Source: Candidatus Pacearchaeota archaeon (GTDB lineage Archaea; Nanobdellota; Nanobdellia; Pacearchaeales; GW2011-AR1). From it: a stretch of DNA of 64,000 nucleotides. Positions 58,503 through 64,000 of this stretch are shown here, piece by piece (position 1 is the first letter of the stretch; the number at the start of each line of letters is the position of its first letter). A model generated the notes under the pieces. It was given only the letters and a program-made list of their open reading frames with translations. It had not been told where the DNA came from and searched no databases. A program made the translations under genes and the position numbers. The stretch spans positions 2,384 through 66,383 of the forward strand of contig JAOAJC010000001.1 of the NCBI GenBank assembly GCA_026414385.1, given 5' to 3'.

Positions 58503-58679
58503 TTATTTCCTCTTTTTGACTGGGGCTTGATAGTTTCTAACAAGCTTACCGATACCTATAACTAATACTGCCAATGGGATAAGCCATTTTGAGAGTGCGT
58601 CTAACTGAGAGACTCCAAGCAAAGGCAGGACAAGTAAGACACCGATAAGAGTTACAAGCCATGCTGTTAATTTGGCCAT
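58503..58679 (-). CDS. Tiny hydrophobic membrane protein (58 aa)
   Basis: Hand translation gives MAKLTAWLVTLIGVLLVLPLLGVSQLDALSKWLIPLAVLVIGIGKLVRNYQAPVKKRK. Confidence 0.3.
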   Translation of the reverse strand: MAKLTAWLVTLIGVLLVLPLLGVSQLDALSKWLIPLAVLVIGIGKLVRNYQAPVKKRK

Positions 58680-58835
58680 TTTTACCTCCTTTTTAATTTA
58701 GTTTGTGATTTTATTAAAAATTATAGGAATTTGGAGTTTATAAGCTTTTCTTTTTTTATTTTTGGTTAAATTTAATGGCCGGGTGCGTTCGGCGCTTCGC
58801 GCCTCACATATTATTGAGGTTGTATTTTTTTAATT

Positions 58836-58925
58836 ATTCCACTTTTTTGGAATTTTGATAAGATTTTTTTTAAAATTCCATTATTTATGTGTAATAATTA
58901 ATATGGAATTTTTTAAAAATTCCAT
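58836..58925. promoter_or_regulatory. Cluster of TGGAAT/ATTCCA dyad elements (three inverted-repeat sites, one a perfect 23-nt palindrome)
   Basis: ATTCCA-cttttt-TGGAAT (58836..58853). TGGAATTTT-N15-AAAATTCCA (58848..58880). ATGGAATTTTT-T-AAAAATTCCAT (58903..58925, perfect). Confidence 0.4.
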
Positions 58926-59038
58926 ATGCAATAAAGGGGTGCTAAAAGTTGTTGTTTTTTATTAAAAATTTAAGCAAAAATTGTTAAAATATTGGCATTT
59001 TTTGTAAAAATTTTATATTTTTTAAGTGTTTTTTGGTG

Positions 59039-59056
59039 TTTAAACAGCTGTTTAAA
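59039..59056. promoter_or_regulatory. 18-bp perfect palindrome TTTAAACAGCTGTTTAAA flanked by TGGTGTTTAAA direct repeats
   Basis: Direct repeats at 59034..59044 and 59068..59078. Lies in a 510-nt intergenic region upstream of the wHTH gene at 59194. Confidence 0.4.
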
Positions 59057-59193
59057 ATTTAAATAATGGTGTTTAAAGTTTATTTTTTGGGTTTTTGCTT
59101 GTTTGTTTTTTGTTTGTTGTGTAACTTTTAAGTTGTGGTTTTTAAGGCTTAAAAAAACGAAATATTTATAAATTAGAGTTTTTTGAATATATT

Positions 59194-59859
59194 ATGTTTG
59201 ATTGGATATTTGGAAAGAGGTGGAAGAGGGTTGAGGAAGAAACAAAAAAAGGATTTAATGCAGTGAGAGAAGATATTGAAGCAATAGGAAAGTGGATAAA
59301 ACATCTTGATGGGGAAGATAAACAGCTGTTTATGATTATTTCTGAATTAAAAAATGAAATAAACGCGTTAAAAAGCGAATTATTAGAGTTAAAGAATGGA
59401 TTAGAGGTTGCTGAAGAAAGTCAAAAAATTGTGCCAAAATTTAAAAAATTGCCAGTTGTTGGTAAACAAACAGGTGTTGAGGTTGTTCAAAAAGTTGTTC
59501 AAACACCTGTTCAAACAGGCAATTTTTATGATATTTTTAAAAGTTTGAGTGCTAATGAGAGATTAATTGTTTTTACATTAATGAATAGTGAGCTAAAATT
59601 AAGTTATGAGGATTTGGCTTTGCTGTTAGGGAAAGAGAGAGCAACTATAAGAGGGCAGATAAATGCAATAAAACAGAAAAGTGAGGGTTTAATTGAGGAG
59701 ATAATTGAAAAAAATGGGAAAAAAAGAGTGTTTATTCCAGATGAAATAAAGGTAAAATTAGCAAAATATGCAAAAGTGAGAGTTAAGAGTGAGAAAAAAA
59801 TGTTAGAAAATGAGAATTTCAGTGAAAAAAGTGAAGGAGAGCAAAAAAATGAGAGTTAG
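59194..59859 (+). CDS. Coiled-coil plus C-terminal winged-helix (MarR-like) protein
   Basis: N-terminal heptad-rich region (ELKNEINALKSELLELKNGLE), Q/V/T-rich linker, and wHTH ERLIVFTLMNSELKLSYEDLALLLGKERATIRGQINAIKQKSEGLIEEI. Confidence 0.5.
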   Translation: MFDWIFGKRWKRVEEETKKGFNAVREDIEAIGKWIKHLDGEDKQLFMIISELKNEINALKSELLELKNGLEVAEESQKIVPKFKKLPVVGKQTGVEVVQKVVQTPVQTGNFYDIFKSLSANERLIVFTLMNSELKLSYEDLALLLGKERATIRGQINAIKQKSEGLIEEIIEKNGKKRVFIPDEIKVKLAKYAKVRVKSEKKMLENENFSEKSEGEQKNES

Positions 59860-60012
59860 AAATCTATATTAATTTGGCCTGTAAATTTTGGAGGTGAGAG
59901 TAAAAATTAAAACGAACCTAAAAAACAACGAGAATGGGGGAAGAAAAAAAAGAAACAACAAAAGATTAAAAGTTGTTGGAAAAAAACAAGAGTTTATCGG
60001 TTAAACGAAAAT

Positions 60013-60642
60013 TTATAACTCTCTGAGAGATAAAATAGTTTGTAAAGAGGCGATTTTTTTAAGTTCGGGGGAGATTGAGAGAACAATTTTTTTGTTGTTG
60101 TGTTTGGTTTTTATGACAGGAATCCCTTTTTTAATAAGTTTTAAGACATAATCTCTTATTGAACTTTCAGTTAAGGAGAGTTTTTTTGAGATAAGAGAGT
60201 AATCGACTATAAAACCCTCTTCTTCGAGTTGATAGATTGTTGAGAAAACTAACATTTCTTGATTTGTTAGGTGCTTAAAAGTAGAACGAATGTCTTTTTT
60301 TATAGAGTCAAGAGAGTTTAGGATCTGTGAAAGATGTTCTATTTTTGATATTTTATCAATGTGTTGGATTGTCTGTCTGTTTGTCTGTCTGTCTGTTGGA
60401 ACCCCATTATTTCCTGTGGAAACTTCATTATAATTGGTTATTGGGCTGTATAAATGAGATTTATTTGTTGGATTTGATAAAATAGTGGTATTTTGCGGTA
60501 GGGATTTATTTATTTGTTGGTTGTCTGTTGGTTTGTCTGTTTGTTGGATTGAGTTTAAAGTTCGTTTAATTTCATTTATTTGTTCTTTTATTTCTTGAAT
60601 CTCTATTTTTACTTTTGCAAATGCTTCTTTTATAGGATCCAT
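60013..60642 (-). CDS. Paralogous coiled-coil plus C-terminal winged-helix protein with a Q/T/N-rich linker
   Basis: MDPIKEAFAKVKIEIQEIKEQINEIKRTL. Linker PTDRQTNRQT / QTDKPTDNQQ encoded by (TGTC/TGTT)n repeats. wHTH NQEMLVFSTIYQLEEEGFIVDYSLISKKLSLTESSIRDYVLKLIKKG. Confidence 0.5.
   Translation of the reverse strand: MDPIKEAFAKVKIEIQEIKEQINEIKRTLNSIQQTDKPTDNQQINKSLPQNTTILSNPTNKSHLYSPITNYNEVSTGNNGVPTDRQTNRQTIQHIDKISKIEHLSQILNSLDSIKKDIRSTFKHLTNQEMLVFSTIYQLEEEGFIVDYSLISKKLSLTESSIRDYVLKLIKKGIPVIKTKHNNKKIVLSISPELKKIASLQTILSLREL
60371..60396. repeat. Tetranucleotide (GTCT/GTTT)n microsatellite inside the coding region (second copy 60515..60550)
   Basis: gtctgtctgtttgtctgtctgtctgtt, and further on ttgtctgttggtttgtctgtttgttgg. 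Confidence 0.6.
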
Positions 60643-60704
60643 AAATAAATTAGATTAAAAAGAATTAATAAGTATTGTTGTGAATTAGAATAATTAAAAA
60701 TGAA

Positions 60705-61028
60705 TTAGGGGGAATCTCTGAAGAGATTTGGGAGAGAGGAGTTTGTATTTGAGAGATTTTGTTGGTGTTTTTTATATACTTCATAAGTTTTATTAGAGAG
60801 GCGCCAGCGCTGCCTTTTTATATAATTGTTACCCTTTGGGTTCTTATTTATTTCAACAACAAGAGATTTAGATTTTAATTCAAGAAGTAAAGATTTTGTA
60901 AATTCTTCATCTCGGGCAATTTCTCGGCTGATATCTGAAGTGAATTTGGATTCTGGGGATATGGAAAAAAGATAGTGAAGGATTTGTTCTGCTATTTTAT
61001 CTTTTTTTTCTTTTGATAGTTTTGGCAT
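60705..61028 (-). CDS. Small putative DNA-binding (wHTH-like) protein
   Basis: Start refined to MPKLSKEKKDKIAEQILHYLFSISPE...SREIARDEEFTKSLLLELKSKSLV, resembling a MarR/PadR-type HTH. Confidence 0.35.
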   Translation of the reverse strand: MPKLSKEKKDKIAEQILHYLFSISPESKFTSDISREIARDEEFTKSLLLELKSKSLVVEINKNPKGNNYIKRQRWRLSNKTYEVYKKHQQNLSNTNSSLPNLFRDSP

Positions 61029-61206
61029 GATAACAAAAACTAAATAAATTATATAAATATTTAGTATTTTTGAATTAAAAGAAAAAAATAACAAAAAAGT
61101 AGAGTAAAAATAGATAATAAAATTTATAAATTTATAGAAAGAGTTTTATTTGGCCTGTATGCTCTCTGTTTTGTAGTTGGAATAATAAAATTTAGATTAG
61201 GTAAAA

Positions 61207-63804
61207 ATGAGTTTTATAAAATACATAGAAAAGAACAAAGCTGAAGAGATAGAAAATATATTAAATCCAATTGTTAGAGAGTGGTTTTTTTCGAAGTTTA
61301 AAGAGTTTTCATTGACACAACTTTATGGGGTAAAAAACATAAATGATAGAAAAAACATTCTTGTGTGCGCACCTACAGGAGGGACAAAAACATTAACTGC
61401 TTTTTTACCAATTATTAATTATTTAGTGGAATTGGCTTTAAAAAAAGAGTTGGAAAATAAGGTTTATGCTGTTTATTGTTCGCCATTAAAAGCGTTGACA
61501 AATGATATTTATATAAATTTAATAAAGCCGCTTGAAGAGATTGGAGAGATAGCAAAGAAAAAAGGAAAAGAAATGCAGGAAATAAGAGTGGGTTTAAGGA
61601 CCGGAGATAGTGAACAAAAAGAGAGACAGAAAATGACAAAAAAAAGTCCCCATATTCTTGTTACTACGCCTGAAAGTTTTGCTATAGTTATGACATCAAA
61701 AAAATTTATTGAGAATTTAAGAGGGGTAGAATATGTTATTGTTGATGAGATACACGCACTAACTAATAAAAGAGGAGTTTATTTGTCTTTAACTTTGGAG
61801 AGATTGAGTGATATAAGCATAATCGAGCCTGTAAGAATTGGATTAAGCGCGACTATTGCACCGCTTGAGGAAATTGCTCGTTTTTTAGTTGGGGTTGGTA
61901 GAGAGTGCCTTATTGCAGATGTAAAATTAATGAAAAAAGTTGAGATTGGATTAAATTTTCCAGGGGGGAACATAATTGAAGCTGAGAGCATAGAAAATCA
62001 GAGGGAACTTTATTATATTCTTGATGAGTTAATATGGAAGCATAAGACTACATTAATATTTACCAATACAAGAGCTGCAACAGAAAGAATTATTCATTAT
62101 CTTGATTTGCATTTTCCTGGGAAATATGTAGGATTAATAGGTGCGCATCATTCTTCAATGAGCAAAGAAAAAAGATTTGAGATTGAAGAGAAACTAAGAA
62201 AAGGGGAGTTAAAGGTAGTGGTAAGTTCAACTTCTTTAGAATTGGGAATTGATATAGGAAGTATTGATTTAGTAATTATGTTGAGAAGTCCAAAGAGCGT
62301 TTCAAGAGCGTTACAAAGAATAGGAAGGGCGGGACATAAGTTACACGAAAACCCGAAAGGAGAGTTTTTAGTGTTGGATAGAGATGATTTAATTGAGTGC
62401 GGGGTAATGAGAAAAGGAATGATAGAGGGGAAGATTGATTTAGCAGAAATTCCAAAAAATTGTTTGGATGTTTTGAGTCAACAAATTTATGGTATGGCTA
62501 TAACAAGAGTGTGGAATGTTGATGAGTTATTAAAACTCATAAGGAGAAGTTATTGCTATGAGAATTTGACAAAAGAGGACTTTTATTCTGTTATTAGTTA
62601 TCTTGCAGGAGATTATGCATTAGAACACAGAAATGTTTATGCAAAAATTTGGTATGATGCTGAAAAAAAGCTTATAGGAAAAAGAGGAAAGATGGCAAGA
62701 GTAATTTATTTGACAAATTTAGGAACGATTCCAGGAGAGGAAAGTGCGAGTGTCATAATCGGTACAGGAGAGAGAAAAGGAAGCGTTGTAGGGAAGATTG
62801 ACGAATCATTTTTGGAGAAAATGAAAAGAGGAGATGTTTTTGTTTTGGGAGGGAATAAATATCAGTTTTTATATGCGAGGGGGTTAAAAGCGTTTGTTTC
62901 TGCAGATGTTTCAAAAAATCCTACTATTCCTTCTTGGTTTTCTGAGATATTACCTTTGAATTTTGAGTTAGCGAAAGAGATAGGAAGGTTTAGAAAATTG
63001 GTGAAGGAGAGGTTGCAAGAGAAAGAGAGGTGTATTGAGTGGATAATGAGTTATTTATATTGCAAGAGAGAGATTGCAAATGAGATTTATGATTATTTTT
63101 GGCAACAAGATAAATTTTCTGAGATCCCTGATGAAAAAACATTAGTTGTGGAGAAATATAAGGAAAATAAAGAGTATTTAATGTTTCATAGTTTGTATGG
63201 TAGAAGAGTAAATGATGTATTAGCAAGAGCTTATGCCTATGCTGCTGCAAGATTAAAGCATAGAGATGTAGAAATAGGTGTTGGCGATAATGGGTTTTAT
63301 ATTGCTGGTGAAAGTTTGGATGAAAATAAAATAATAAATTGGGTAAAATCAAAAGATTTGGAAAAAATAGTAAAAGAAGCTATTGAAAAGACAGAAATTT
63401 TAAGAAGAAGATTTAGGCATTGTGCTGCAAGAGCTTTAATGATATTGAGAAATTATAAAGGGAGGGAGAAAAGTGTTGGAAAACAGCAAGTGCATAGTGA
63501 GTTTTTGTTTGTTGCTGTAAAAAAATTAAGTGATGATTTTCCAATATTAAGGGAGGCAAGAAGAGAGGTAATAGAGGATTTAATGGACATAAAAAATGCA
63601 AAAAAAGTATTAGAATGGATTGAGAGAGGTGAAATAAAGATAAAAATAAAAAAATTACCTTTGGTTTCGCCGTTTGGTTTAAATTTGAGTTTGCAGGGAA
63701 AGAGTGATTTAATTAAAATGGAAGATAGAGTGAGTTTTTTAAAAAGAATGTATGAGATACATATGAGAACAATAAATAATAAAGAGGAATTTAAAATTAT
63801 ATAA
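61207..63804 (+). CDS. lhr: Lhr-like ATP-dependent helicase (superfamily 2, COG1201-type with C-terminal DEAD/H-associated domain)
   Basis: Motif I CAPTGGTKT, motif II VIVDEIH, motif III SAT, motif VI QRIGRAGH. A ~350-aa C-terminal extension typical of Lhr-core proteins. Confidence 0.75.
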   Translation: MSFIKYIEKNKAEEIENILNPIVREWFFSKFKEFSLTQLYGVKNINDRKNILVCAPTGGTKTLTAFLPIINYLVELALKKELENKVYAVYCSPLKALTNDIYINLIKPLEEIGEIAKKKGKEMQEIRVGLRTGDSEQKERQKMTKKSPHILVTTPESFAIVMTSKKFIENLRGVEYVIVDEIHALTNKRGVYLSLTLERLSDISIIEPVRIGLSATIAPLEEIARFLVGVGRECLIADVKLMKKVEIGLNFPGGNIIEAESIENQRELYYILDELIWKHKTTLIFTNTRAATERIIHYLDLHFPGKYVGLIGAHHSSMSKEKRFEIEEKLRKGELKVVVSSTSLELGIDIGSIDLVIMLRSPKSVSRALQRIGRAGHKLHENPKGEFLVLDRDDLIECGVMRKGMIEGKIDLAEIPKNCLDVLSQQIYGMAITRVWNVDELLKLIRRSYCYENLTKEDFYSVISYLAGDYALEHRNVYAKIWYDAEKKLIGKRGKMARVIYLTNLGTIPGEESASVIIGTGERKGSVVGKIDESFLEKMKRGDVFVLGGNKYQFLYARGLKAFVSADVSKNPTIPSWFSEILPLNFELAKEIGRFRKLVKERLQEKERCIEWIMSYLYCKREIANEIYDYFWQQDKFSEIPDEKTLVVEKYKENKEYLMFHSLYGRRVNDVLARAYAYAAARLKHRDVEIGVGDNGFYIAGESLDENKIINWVKSKDLEKIVKEAIEKTEILRRRFRHCAARALMILRNYKGREKSVGKQQVHSEFLFVAVKKLSDDFPILREARREVIEDLMDIKNAKKVLEWIERGEIKIKIKKLPLVSPFGLNLSLQGKSDLIKMEDRVSFLKRMYEIHMRTINNKEEFKII

Positions 63805-63858
63805 TTTATATTTTTGAGAACAATAGATTTTATTAAGAGGATTAATAAATAAGAAAAG

Positions 63859-64000
63859 ATGAGTGTTGATAGAAATTTGGTTGGGAGAAGAGAGTATGTT
63901 TCTCCTATTTATACAGCTAATGTGAGTAATGGGGGAGGTTTAGATGAGAGAGATGATTTTGAAAATTGGTTAAGAGACGAAAAAAATAGTTTAGGAAAAA
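63859..64000 (+). CDS. Start of an uncharacterised ORF (partial at the window edge)
   Basis: ATG at 63859 (MSVDRNLVGRREYVSPIYTANVSNGGG...) running off the end of the window. Confidence 0.3.
   Translation, partial: MSVDRNLVGRREYVSPIYTANVSNGGGLDERDDFENWLRDEKNSLGK

Noticed and set aside
58760-58800. GC-rich hairpin ggccgggtgcgttcggcgcttcgcgcc
   Set aside because: Too short for a tRNA or known RNA family. It may be a terminator or stability hairpin but is unsupported beyond the 5-bp stem.

Overview
Low-GC (about 30%), gene-dense archaeal window whose content suggests a genome-reduced DPANN-type archaeon.

Bases 1-18.4 kb, all on the minus strand, hold the conserved archaeal information-processing 'superoperon'. 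It runs from the start of the partial enolase (partial at the window edge) through RpoK, the exosome genes Rrp42/Rrp41/Rrp4 and SBDS, with the divergent proteasome alpha subunit on the plus strand. A DUF106 insertase-like gene, SecY and the long ribosomal-protein cluster L15 through L3 follow. Rnp1 is absent between SUI1 and S17, and adk/cmk are absent after secY. PCNA and a primase small subunit with a C-terminal PriCT/PriL-like helical domain, possibly a fused primase, come next.

The 21-38.6 kb stretch looks like a cell-surface and host-interaction island. It encodes several C-terminally membrane-anchored secreted proteins that share a Cys-rich module, and a membrane-anchored staphylococcal-nuclease protein with a lamin-tail domain. 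A type IV pilus locus follows, with two PF07790-type pilins, three more pilin-like genes, a FlaI/TadA-like ATPase and a FlaJ/TadC-like protein split into two ORFs. Two further large secreted proteins follow, a five-fold Cys-rich repeat protein and a PKD-domain protein.

Downstream lie a small GTPase, DUF2073 and Zn-ribbon triad, then the CCA-adding enzyme, a TrmB regulator, a presenilin/SPP-like intramembrane protease, aCPSF1, proteasome beta, Rad50 and Mre11. A second pilin pair follows, then a GC-rich island that is probably SRP (7S) RNA, ArgS, tRNA-Thr(CGU), a glycosylation-rich surface protein and a sugar nucleotidyltransferase.

The 57-61 kb region is unusually non-coding. It contains tiny membrane ORFs, clustered TGGAA/TTCCA dyads, an 18-bp perfect palindrome, and a convergent pair of paralogous coiled-coil/winged-helix genes with microsatellite-encoded Q/T-rich linkers. 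An Lhr-like helicase follows. No CRISPR array, rRNA or obvious IS element was seen.
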